From the NCBI GenBank assembly GCA_024679065.1, contig JAGIQG010000020.1, positions 7,936,001 to 8,000,000 of the forward strand: a stretch of 64,000 nt of DNA, written 5' to 3'. Shown piece by piece: positions 1 to 11,380 of this stretch; position 1 is the first letter of the stretch, and every line of letters starts with the position of its first letter. Source of the DNA: Sphyrna mokarran. Its lineage: Eukaryota. Made by a program: the position numbers and the translations under genes. Below the pieces are notes generated by a model that was given only the letters and a program-made list of their open reading frames with translations, did no database searches and was not told the DNA's origin.

Positions 1-439
1 GGTTACTGGCCCTAGGTGGGATTGTTGTCGGTACAGGTTCGATGGGCTAAATGGCCTCGTCCTCACTGAAGGGATTCTATGATTTCTCCAAAGTCCCCAG
101 GTCTTATACAACTATAGCAAGATTGTCTCAACCCTGTACTCCAATCCACTTACAAGAAGATTAATCTTTTAATTTGCCTATGTAATTGTTTGTACTTGTT
201 GTACACTTTGGTCTCACTGAACAGTAATACATATAAATTTCTTTGGCCCTCTATTTACAGAAGTGCATTTAAAATCGATGCTCTATCATGACAAAGAAAA
301 ACCTTTGGAAATGTTTTGCAGTAGTAGTCAACTTTAACTATGGAAATTGAATCAAGTTTTAACTCTGAGACAGGAAAATTAGCAGCAATAGCAATCTCCC
401 AAAGAGAGGGAGCTAATAGTCATCGTCACAGGTTTTAGG

Positions 440-520
440 AACAAATCTGATAGGCTCAGACGAGAAGACTAATTTGCATCCAACACAAGGTAACACCTTC
501 TTGGTGACATATTATTAAAA
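440..520 (+). promoter_or_regulatory. IgL promoter, cluster 1 (octamer ATTTGCAT 472-479, TATA-like TATTAAAA 513-520)
   Basis: Decamer TAATTTGCAT in light-chain orientation about 130 bp upstream of the ATG; conserved in all four clusters. Confidence 0.88.
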
Positions 521-605
521 GAGAGAGAAAGAGATAGAGATTCAGACAGTTAACCCACCTTGTCAAATAAGTGGCAGAACTCGGTACCTCGGCCAACCTA
601 TCACA

Positions 606-654
606 ATGACTGGCTGGGTCCATGTGAACATAGTGTTCATTTTTGGCCTGGCAT
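606..654 (+). CDS. IGLV: IgL cluster 1 leader exon (MTGWVHVNIVFIFGLA, phase 1)
   Basis: ATG 606, hydrophobic signal peptide, donor GTGGGT at 655; joins the V exon in frame to give ...GLAFSNA/AITVSQ. Confidence 0.9.
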
Positions 655-782
655 GTGGGTATTTAAAACGTAGAGAAAATAAGCGTTTTCGAAAAATGTT
701 CCGGTGATTTTTCAAAAGGAAATCTTTTTTCATGATAATTTGAGTAGCTTAACTTTAACATTTGAAACCTGTTTTCTTTCAG

Positions 783-1127
783 TTTCTAACGCGGCGATTA
801 CTGTTAGCCAACCGCCTTCGAAATCTATTTCTGTCGGAGGAACCGTCCAAATAAGTTGCACCTTGTCTGGCGCCAGTTTAGGAAGCACCTACATATCTTG
901 GTACCAGCAGAAATCTGGAAATGCTCCCCGGTATCTGTTTTATCACTACATTGGAAGCAGCACTTACAAAGCCCCGGGAGTTCCAGACCGGTTTTCAGGT
1001 TCGGTATCCGGTAACACGGGAACTTTAAGTATCAGTCATGTTGAATCGGACGACATGGCGGACTATTACTGTGTTTTGTGGAAAAGCACGTGGAACTTCG
1101 GCAGCGGAACCAAGCTGAGTGTTGGCC
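783..1127 (+). CDS. IGLV: IgL cluster 1 germline-joined VJ exon (CDR3 VLWKSTWN, J FGSGTKLSVG)
   Basis: Acceptor tttctttcag ends at 782; Ig V motifs (ISC, WYQQK, DYYC) run directly into FGxGT; donor GTGAGT at 1128; no RSS between V and J. Confidence 0.97.
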
Positions 1128-3132
1128 GTGAGTAAATGCTCTTCTGTTACATTGTTCAAAACTCGCTTCATGTTAACAGCAAAACAGTCACTGGTTATTT
1201 TATTTAGAATAAATTGCAACGTCCTTTTTACAACAGAACCATAAATTCAATTTAACTTACGCAAGACCATCTTGCAAACAACCTAAAACCCGCGTCTCCC
1301 AGTTCTATAGCGCTTTCTGATCTCTCTATCGGACTGCGTTGATTTGTCCTTCCTCAGGAAGAACAGCAAATAGGCGGGAAATCCCTGTACCATCAGATCA
1401 GCGAGATCAATAAAGCGCTTGAATCCTAATCTTGCCATCGAATGACCTTGCAGAGAAAGACAATATGTAGACTCCCCGGTACTGACAATAATAGTTATAT
1501 TGTTATATATCCTGCTTCTTAAAGATGTCATTAAAACGCAGCGCCTGTTTTTTTTTGGAAGTTAGTGCCTGTTGACACAGGTAAATAAGACCACGCGCTA
1601 TTTACTTGAATTGATTGACCCATATAAGTAGTCCATCAAATATAGCAAGAGAAATAGGAGTCAAAAACGGATGGCAAATTTAACTTGCAACGCCCTGCAC
1701 TCTGGGTTCCCTGTTAACTTTTTAGCTAGAATTATTGCACTGAATATACCGGATTTGAATTGAACTGAATATTGATTTAAACAGACAGTGCAGGATGATT
1801 GGCCACTCATGGGGAAATTCTTCCTCTTCGACATTGTTTAATTGTGGAGCACCCAATACAAACTTTGAGTTCACAAAGCCAATGCAAATAAGGCCTGTGT
1901 ACTTCGCTGCTGAAGCGTATGCGCGGTGGCAATTGAAATAACGAATCGCTGCCTGGTCTTCTGTGAATGAATTAGTGAATGAAACATGACCGAGTTTCAC
2001 GATAGCGTAGAGTCAATTCAAAACTAGCATGTTTGGTGAACATATGATCAGTGACATTATTAAATTTTATCATAATGCTCCAACAATTCACATTGCCAGA
2101 TTGTCCTGTGTATTGAGCATGCGCCCCACAGTCAAAAATATCCAGTTATTTCTGCTGTTGAAATCTGATTTGATTTTGTTGCTTACTTCGAGGCAGAGAC
2201 CTGTAATCAGAGAAAGCAGAATGTGACCCAATATAACAATTCCACTGCACTAATAACGATAATCACATTTAACGCTTATCTCTTCCACTAATATTGCAGT
2301 CGAACTCGTCCATTATGTGACCAAAAGACCATCCCTCAGTTCTTAAGCTCGCTTGGAAAGGTGCATCAATATAGCACCTCCATGCCAGCAATATTAAGGG
2401 CGGATTGTAACTTGGGCCAGAGTGTAGCATGGTAGATGCTGGGTCGACGAAAGATTTTACATTTCTCCCGACTCCTGCTGCTGTCAATCTTAATGTAAAA
2501 CTTTCTGTCCACATATATATCACTAGTATTACACTGTTGCACAAAGTCAGGGTTTACATCACCTTCTCTAAGAAAAGATGCACATTTAAGGACACAACTC
2601 GTACTAACGATTAGTTGCGTTTATTTCGTCCTTGCATCTGAAACATAACAGAGCTTTGATGAAATATTTTTATGAATAAAATCCTCAAAATGATCTCCGT
2701 GGCCACTTTTGCTCCCACAGACAGTAACGACACCAATCCCTGGTTGATCTCTTTTCGCACAATGAGGATAGTCTGTCGCCACTTCCTAACACTTAGTGAG
2801 TTAGGTCAATCAATCGATAATCTTGGTTTAATTCTAATTCAAAAGCTGAAACTACCGCCTGAGCCACTTTCCCTTCGCTGGACAGTCAGTCCAGATAGCG
2901 CGGTCAGCTTCCGGTGTGGAGTTGAAATCGTCTGAACCAAGAGAGTGAATCTCACAGGGTGAAACTACCAGAGAAACTGTAACTACACTGCTCAGGGTTA
3001 TAAATATATGTTCATCAGCAAAACATGATGGTAAAACTGATCAACATTTCTTCCCATTGGAACATAATCGGGCAAATTTAATGTATGTTCAGCGTTTCTA
3101 CTTTAATTTCTAATTTTGATTTGATTTTGATT

Positions 3133-4241
3133 AAGGTGCGGGGAGTCGGGGGTAGGGTGTTAGATTGGATAGAGGATTGGTTGTCTAATAGGAAGCAGAA
3201 GGTAGGTATTAATGGGTGCTATTCTGATTGGCAGCTGGTGACCAGTGGAGTGCCCCAGGGTTCGGTGCTGGGGTTTCAACTATTTACCATTTACATAGAT
3301 GATCTGGAGGAAGGGGCTGAGTGCAGGGTGACGAAATTTGCTGATGACACGAAGGTGAGTGGAAAAGCAAATTGCGTGGAAGGTGTGGAAAGCCTGCAGA
3401 AGGATCTGGATAGGTTGAGTGAGTGGGCAAGGACCTGGCAGATGGAGTATAATGTTAGCAAGTGTGAGGTTATCCCTTTGGTAGGAATAATGGTAGGAAG
3501 GATTACTATTTAAACGGTGAAAAGCTGCAGCATGCGACAGTGCAGAGGGGCCTTGTGCACGAATCGCAAAAACACAGTATGCAGGTCAGCAGGTGATTAA
3601 GAAGGCGAATGCAACGTTGGCCTTTATAGCTAGGGGGATAGAATATAAAAGTAAGGAGGTCCTGTTGCAGCTGTATAGGATACTGGTGAGGCCGCAGCTG
3701 GAGTACTGTGTGCAGTTTTGGTCGCCACATTCAAGGAAGGATATATTGGCCTTGGAAGGGGTGCAGAGAAGGTTTACTAGGCTGATACCGGAGATGAGGG
3801 CTTTGGAATATGAGGAGAGACTGAATAGGCTAGGTTTGTACTCTTTGGAGTTTAGAAGGCTGAGAGGGGATCTTATAGAGACGTATAAGATAATGAAGGG
3901 GATGGATATGGTAGAGGTTGAGAGAATCTTCCCTCTTAGCAAAGATAGCAGGACTAGAGGGCACTAGAGGCGGTTCAGATCAGAGTTGCGGAAGAGTTTC
4001 TTCACGCAAAGGGTGGTGAATCTTTGGAATTCTCTGCCTCTTGAGGTGGTGGAGGCTTCCTCGCTAAATATGTTCAAGTCAAGAGTGGATAGGTTTTTGA
4101 TTGACAAGGGAATTAAGGGTTACGGGCAGAAAGCAGGAAAGTGGTACTGAACCACTACAGATTAGCTATGATCTTATTGAATGGCGGGGCAGGCTCGAGG
4201 GGCTGGATGGCCTATTCCTGCTCCTATTTCTTATGTTCTTA
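3133..4241 (+). mobile_element. 5'-truncated CR1-type LINE in the cluster 1 J-C intron
   Basis: RT motifs GVPQGSVLG and KFADD, CR1 C-terminus (LEYCVQFWSP, RGDLIETYK), tail TTCTTATGTTCTTATG; frameshifted; possible TSD TGATT; site is empty in clusters 2-4. Confidence 0.95.
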
Positions 4242-4623
4242 TGATTGCCAACGCAGCTTCTCAATGTGGAAACACGACAGCTAAAATTAACAGCGTTGTT
4301 TTCAACAATATTATACAACAAGTTATCTTTAATGGTATTCTGGGGGATATTACGAAATATGATGAACATGTATTGAATAGTTTTCTATAAAATTGAACAG
4401 AGTTCAACTCTAGTCAGTTACTAAAACTGAATTTCGCTTTTTAAATTCAAATGTCCCATCTATCTCCCTCCTTCACCGTTTCTCGGATGAACGCAGAAAA
4501 TAAAGGGATCTATTTATTGTATTTAATGAATGACCGAATTTAGATCATATGGTTTGGAAAATCATAATGGGTGAAACAAATCAATTCCCTAACATTACTC
4601 AGTTTATTTTGTTTTTAAACCAG

Positions 4624-4946
4624 TACCGCAGAAACCATCTGTCTCCCTCCTCCCACCTTCACTGGATCAAATCAAAGCGAAGGACACGGCGACCCTGGTG
4701 TGTTTGGTGAGCGGTTTTAAACCGGGAGCTGCGGAGATTGAATGGACTGTAGATGGCAGCGTCAGAGGGAATGGGGTTGAGACCAGTCGGATCCAGCAGG
4801 ACGCGGACAACACGTTCAGTGTGAGCAGTTATCTGACTCTGTCAGCCTCAGAGTGGAACTCACACGATCTTTACTCCTGTCTGGTCAAACACGAGGCTCT
4901 AGCAAACCCGCTTCAAACAACCGTCTCCAGACCGAGCTGTATGTAA
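4624..4946 (+). CDS. IGLC: IgL cluster 1 constant exon (lambda/type II-like)
   Basis: Acceptor ...ttaaaccag ends at 4623; C1-set motifs TLVCLVSGF, W, YSCLVKH; ends SRPSCM-stop with the interchain Cys. Confidence 0.96.
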
Positions 4947-5257
4947 ATTCAGAAACTGCTTTCGGCCCAGCTGCGAATGTTTGTTCATTTCTGTTCATTT
5001 CTTTCATGCGATAAAACGGGGGTAGCAATTGATCGTATTTCAGAAATTTAAGAAAATGGTCATCGCGGCTGGAGCTTCGGGTTTTACCACTTGCTCTTTT
5101 AAAAGGGTCTTCGATCGGAACATTGTTCAGTGCTCAGTGAATCCCCGTTGTTTATCAATTTACATTTATGTATCCGATGATCATAATTGAAATGCAACAA
5201 TATGGTTATTGCAATGTAAGTGTCTACTTACTCTTAGACATTTAGATAAAACTGTTC

Positions 5258-5263
5258 AATAAA
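5258..5263 (+). terminator. Polyadenylation signal AATAAA, cluster 1
   Basis: About 310 nt after the stop; same position in all four clusters. Confidence 0.75.
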
Positions 5264-7149
5264 ATAATTAAGATCAAATGCAATACAATACACTCACCGT
5301 ATCTTTTATTAATATTTTCAAGATAAGTCAAATCTAACACTTCTTCGGTATTATTCAGCCTTGCGTAAGATGTTATATGAAAACCTTTTATTGTCAATTG
5401 TCAATTTATTTTGTCAATTTAATTGTCAATTTATTGACAATTGATTGATTAAATCAATCAAATTGATTGATTTAGATTGATTTAATCTAAAGCTAAAATC
5501 AATAGCTTTAGATTCTAAGCTATTGTTCGTACTCCCTGTGGGTGGGATATCCGAGATGGCCGGTACTACACAAGCTTTAGACCAATGTAAGACACACGAA
5601 CCAATACCTCTGTATTAAAGACGTAACGTTATTTAAACCAATGCCGCCAGGACTTCATCAAAGAGTTAAGTAGCTCTGACATAGAGCAACAAAAACCTCT
5701 AGGATGAATCGAACATATTCAATCAAAAATAAATCAATTGTACGTTTTTCTCTTATGAATCGTTTCCGACTTTCAGTAACTTTAAATCAATCATTTTCAA
5801 GATGCACAAATCAATAGTAATACACGTAAATAACGGTATTTAATTAGTCCGAGAAATCTGGAAGGTAAGTCCGTCTTGGCTGACATCAAGTCCTGATTGC
5901 TTAAGTGAGCCCAGAGTTCAAATGAACGCTCTCACGGGTTTCCTTAAAGTTCACTGTACACCCAGCTAAACTCGACACCATGTCTGGACAAGGTATATCT
6001 CTTCTGGACAATGAATAAACTTATTCATGATATATGGTTAGATATTCGATATGTTCCATCCATCCGAAATTTTACTGATGGAACTTGCATATTTTCAAGT
6101 CTAAGATTCTCTCGAAATTTGGCTTCCCGTAATGACTTTTATCTTGACGCTTTGTAGCAAAATGCTAAAGTGAACAATATTCCTTAAAAATCAATAACAA
6201 TACATCCAAAATATCAGCATATGTGTTTTACAATCATAATCATTCGGTTGATTCAGGTACTGCATCTTCTATGTGCAAATTGCTACTTATTAACCGATAA
6301 ACTTATTGTAACAGTCATTTAACTGAATCCTGCTAGTTCTGTCAGTGCCTTAATGTCTACTGGTTCAAAAATCAAAAATCCACTTACACACTCTTTCATC
6401 AAATCTCAGCAATCTCTTTGTTACCCCTTTATAGTGTTTAAAGCTCCTTGTATCTGGCTCCACCCTCTGCTGATTTACACAATAAAGTTATCTGGAAATG
6501 AGACCCATCTCTATTGCAGTCTGGTGGAATATGATTGTTGTAATAGTGAAAGGCTCTTTATCAATTACCTTTATGCATCAGGTAATATTAATTAAAATGC
6601 AGCCAATCAAATCAATCAAGGCAATATGTTCATTATAGCTTCAGTTTTGGGTCAGTGTTAGAATCTCCAAGTAAAACTGATGAATAAATGAACTGACCTA
6701 AGATCAAATGCAATACATTTTTTTCGTGTCTTTTACTGATGAAGAAAATTGGCCAAATCTAATACTTCATCGACATTAGTAAGAGTCATTCAATAAAAAA
6801 GATGCAAAGTTATTCGGAAACAAATTTCACCACTGTTATAGAGTCAGATGAAATACTTAAAGTCATAACACTTAACAGCCCTTTGGCTCACAGTGACTGC
6901 ACCGACCATCACGCACCAACTATTGTAATCCCATTTCCATATACTGTATATTCAAAAGAGTTGTAAGATATGAATTTTGGGATTTTCAGAGTTCAGAAAA
7001 GGAGGACCAAGAAATTCATGAGGTCAGAGCAAAGATTTGACTGGCAAGAGTCGTAAATACAGCTCGTAACTTCATCTAAACATATACAGGCAAGAAGTGA
7101 TCCATGGATATAAATGTGCGAAGTTTCGCTGCAAAAACTGGTGAAATCT

Positions 7150-8025
7150 TAAGGAATCGCAAAAGAGAATTAATCCAAAGATAATTAGAAATCAATGGTT
7201 CAGCAAGAACGAAGTTAAATAAATCAGTATGAGACAAGAAGTTGTAGATGTGAAAATAATGAGAATAAATCGTGACAAATCCCATGGGACTGAGGTTCCA
7301 CAGCATATAATAATTGCAAGGAGATAATGTAGTCAAACTTCCGGAATCCCTTGATCCTGGAACATTTCTCGAAGTTTGGAAGGTCGCAAAGTCAATCCCG
7401 ATATTTACGAAATGAGGGAAAAGAATTGTGGAATCAGAAGACAGTGAGTCTAGCACCAGGGACAGGCAAAAATCCAGAACCTCTTTCTTGGAGGGGTCAT
7501 AATAGGGCACTTTGAAAGTCGGTTCTTTTGAGGATGTTACTGGAAAGAAGAATAAGGTGGGATCAGCGAGTTTATTCGTATTTTTACAAAAAAAACCTAT
7601 AAATCAGGCACCAACACACACGTTTCATAGATAGAATTCGGACACGTGGGATTGGATGCAATATACGAGCCTGAATTTAAATGGTGAATAGACAGAAAAC
7701 AGGAAACAGGAATAAATTGATCATTATCGCGTTGGCCACGTTTAGAGAGCGGTGTTTGGACAGGATCAAGACTTGCACCCCCACAATGTGCAACATATTT
7801 ATTATATTTCAGTTTTCTACGCAGAGAACCGTGGAATCGCAGCCACTGTGATTTTCAAGCCGGGAATTTATTTTGGGTTATTAAGCCAATTACCGAATTT
7901 GGGGATAGCGCAGGAAGGTGGTCTTGAGGTAGATGATCTGTTCATGACCTTACTGAATGGCGCAACAGATTCGAAGGGCAAAAGGCCATCTTCCTGCTCC
8001 TCTTTCTTATGTCCTTATGTCCAGC
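7150..8025 (+). mobile_element. Old degenerate CR1 LINE fragment (paralogues at about 23400-25020 and 46400-47280)
   Basis: Decayed ESLDPGTFLEVWKVAKSIPIFTK*G resembles CR1 SLDxGxVPEDWKxANVxPIFKKG; ends with a CR1 tail (cttatgtccttatgt). Boundaries approximate. Confidence 0.75.
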
Positions 8026-10005
8026 TGTTGAGTGTTTTCTGGTGTTGATTACCGACGAAGGGAATAGGCAGTAAGTTAATTTTTATTCGGCTTGGCCCAT
8101 GTTGATCAATCACAAGATGAAGAAGTTTGCTGAGGCCAGGTTAAGTATAAGACTTTAATGGAAACAATTGAAGGTTTCGATCCATCCTTTGCTTGAGCGC
8201 GTGGCTGCTGATTTTGGCTTCATCACAGATATCCACATTCAATTGCCCAGCCTGTTAGCCAATGTATCCTTTGACCAACCACGGTTCTGAAACCTGCAAA
8301 CCTCCTCTAACTTTCGTGGCAGCTAAAGAACTCTGTCTAAGTATTACTAGTGACGGTACAGCCATTTAGCAATAAGATTGATGAATTCCATAAGCATTGG
8401 ACACAGAAACTAAAACCTGGTGCATTGTTTCCTGGCCATTAAAACTAATTTACAACATTCGGTAGAATTGCAAACTTTAATCATGCCATTCTGTTGACAA
8501 TGACATCCTTCAAAAGAGACATGAAACCGTGTCTCTTTCTTGTGTCCAATATCGATGTGATTTTTATTGAAAGAACAGTATAACCCAAGAACATGTCCTT
8601 CGGCCCAGTAAGTCTGTACCGATACAGATGTGTATCGAATCTAATATTTTCTTGCCCCTACATGGTCCATATCTCTCCACGAAAGAAAATACATCCATGA
8701 AATCAATCCATGAAACTATTCGGAAAGCAATTTTCCCTTCAATGAACATTCAATGATATGAATCCATGATTTTTCAATAAAAAAGTCTTAGTTTGAGTGT
8801 TCATAGTTAAAAGGCAATTGAATGTGCCTGTTTCCTCATTTGATAAGGTGATGAAAAATCCAGTTGTCTGAAGATAGTGCCGCCCTTGGCATCAACTGTA
8901 ATTTCTAATCTTCATCCGCACAATGCGGACGTTTCAGTTTGGTTTTAGTATCATTACAGTTGTCTCCATTAACTGTACAAAGGGTTTCAGAAGACAGGGT
9001 AGTAAGAAAATAAGTTTTTTTTTGTATTGAGAAAATGGTTACCCATAATGCTCGGAGGCACTCAATGACCTGGGCGGTGTCTCCTTCCTGTCTGAGCTCA
9101 CTGAGGTGCCCAGATAACTGTGGGGAATCATTAAGGTCAGAATAGCCCGTGCTCAGACCAATGCTGGAATGTACAAACATACGTCACTAAGTGAGTGGTT
9201 GAATCATGTAAGAGAATGGAATATTTATTCGGTGTAATAAATATTTATAAACATTTATTCTGACGGGCTCACAGGTGTCCTTTAGCAGATAAGCTGGCGA
9301 TGTGGTGAGTGCCGTAAGAAATTCAACGCTTTGGAAGTTCAGCCTGGGCATGTATATGAATCCACGCTGTTCGTTATAGAATATAAATCTTAGGTTGAAA
9401 GGTCACGCTATATGGACGGTTTAAGGAGGTATTGTAAAATTCAGTGGAGATTGTACTGACTTCTCACCATGTCTAATTTTTATCCTCACAGAGTGGAACT
9501 TTCTGTTTGCTTTAGTATGATCAAAACTGTCTCGGGCAACCGTAAGAAGTGTATCAGCATTTGCTTTCAGAAGGAATGGTTGCCTAGAATGCCAGAGGGC
9601 ACCATTTGCCGGAGCTGTGTTACCCTCCTGAATGACAGGGAATACCGGGAATTTGTCCGGTAACTGTGGGAGGAGGGGGGGGGGGTTCATTAACTCTCAA
9701 GTAGCCAGTGATCGTTCTTGTGTTATAATGCACAAACGAGATGTCACGAACTCAATGTTTAAATCGTGTGTGAGGAAGGAAGTTTACTTCATCCGACCAA
9801 TAATTGCAAATATTTTCCTCTGCTGGATTCACAGTTGTCCTTGGACATACCAGTAGGTCATGGTGGTGAATCAGTGAAAGAGGTGCTGCTGGGGAAACAG
9901 GGCAGAGAGTTTCAAAGGAACCAGATTCGAAACTGTGCTGGTGGAAGAGAACAGCATCATTGAATGGAGTAGGAGGATGTAAAACCTGTGTGTGAAGGCA
10001 GGTGT

Positions 10006-10186
10006 CGTGGTGCAGTGAGTCGTGTTCGTTTTAAACATCCCAATTCCTGAAAATGGGGCAATGTGTAAATACCAGGTCACCAAATGTGACCTACATTTGG
10101 TGTAGGTGAATGTGACCTGGTATTTACACATTGCCCCATTTTCAGGAACTGGGATGTTTAAAACGAACACGACTCACTGCACCACG
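10006..10186. repeat. Inverted repeat with 75-bp arms (10006-10080 / 10112-10186), one mismatch and a 31-nt loop
   Basis: Direct reverse-complement match of the two arms; the paralogue at about 33241-33330 has only one arm. Confidence 0.97.
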
Positions 10187-10220
10187 TGATGCCGTGGCTT
10201 CAGTGGAAGAAAATGCCACA

Positions 10221-10495
10221 CCGCAGTCCAAACAGCAGGTGGCGAGAGTGCTGCAAATTTGCAAGTACATGCTCCGGGGAATTCATTAACATGCGGGAAA
10301 TCTCAGACCCAATTTGAGAAATCAGAAAGATCAGCAAAATACGTGGCCCGGAACTTCCTGCCCGAATGTTAGTTCAAGTCGATTTTGCCCCGCACATGCG
10401 CATCGGAACTACACGGAAAAAAACCCTGCGCATGCGCAGTCAAGGAGCACCAATTTTGAACTTCCGATTGAGGTTTGCAAAGATGCCGACATGGA
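10221..10495 (+). promoter_or_regulatory. Candidate insulator/promoter-like module (CTCF-like core, kB-like, ETS, NRF1 and YY1-like motifs)
   Basis: ACAGCAGGTGGCGA 10232-10245; GGGAAATCTC; CCGGAACTTCCTG; perfect TGCGCATGCGCA 10427-10438; AAGATGCCG; locally CpG-rich; conserved at 33364-33630. Confidence 0.5.
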
Positions 10496-10999
10496 AGCGT
10501 TTTGAGCTGCAGTTGTGCTGAAACGTACGTCGCCTGCGCTGATGTTAAGTTGTTTTTTACCCTTATTTATTTGCACATTTATTATTTGGTGTAGCTGCAG
10601 CGAGTAGAGGCAGCAGAAATTCCACAAGTAGAATTTTTGTAAAATATTTTTTAAAAGATCGTTAAAATATTTGGAATACAAGGAAAGTAAGAAAAAGATT
10701 TTAACTATTTTATTATGACAATAATTCTAGTAAAAAGTACGTCCCTATATCACACGGTCATGGTACAGTATTTTAGTGTCTGGAACAAATTTCAGCTTTT
10801 GGATGTTCGAATATATTTGAAACATTGTCGAACTCTATCGTAAAAGTCTCCCTGATTTAACGTTACAGAATACAGTGCAGATTGAAAATCTGGAGGCATT
10901 TTCCACCACCGCTGGAAAAGTATGCTTTTTGCTTTATTCTTAACTGAAGTTTTTTGAACTTTTGAACTGGTGTGGAAATGTGAGTCTATTTGTAAAATC

Positions 11000-11380
11000 C
11001 AAATCCTCTCTTTTTCCCTTATCCCACTCCTCACTTTTCCCACTCCCTGCTTCTGTCATACCCCATTTTCTTCCTCCTTTTCTTCCATGCACCTTTTGCC
11101 CTCTGCCCTTTCCCCCTCTTGTTTTCCTCCTACACAGTATCCCCCTCCCACATTCACATCTCCATTTCTCCCTCATCGTTCCCCTCCCCTTTCACCCTCC
11201 CCATTTTCCCGCTCCCCATTTCCCCTTCCTCACTTCCTCCTCCCCACTTTTACTGCTCCTTCTTTTTACCCTCTCTCTTTTAATTATTCTCTTTCACCTC
11301 TTCCCCTAGCCCCTTCCTCCCCCCTCACAATCTCTTCCGTTCCTCTCCCCACCCTTCTTCATTTCCCTTCTTCGCTTCCT
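11000..11380. repeat. Polypyrimidine (CT-rich) low-complexity tract
   Basis: Almost purely C/T on the + strand; paralogue at about 34120-34505. Confidence 0.9.

Noticed and set aside
704-782. N-terminal extensions of the four V ORFs in the ORF track (MIFQKEIFF... and similar)
   Set aside because: Intron read-through from non-ATG or unconserved starts; the real N-terminus comes from the spliced 49-nt leader exon.
1067-1073. Cryptic heptamer TACTGTG at the end of FR3 as a V-replacement site
   Set aside because: Largely dictated by Tyr-Cys codons, lost in cluster 4, and no unjoined donor V is present in the window.
6353-6595. Recurring ORF MSTGSKI... (also 22595 and 45577) as a small gene family
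   Set aside because: Similarity comes from the segmental duplication; lengths and ends differ and there is no sign of codon-level conservation.
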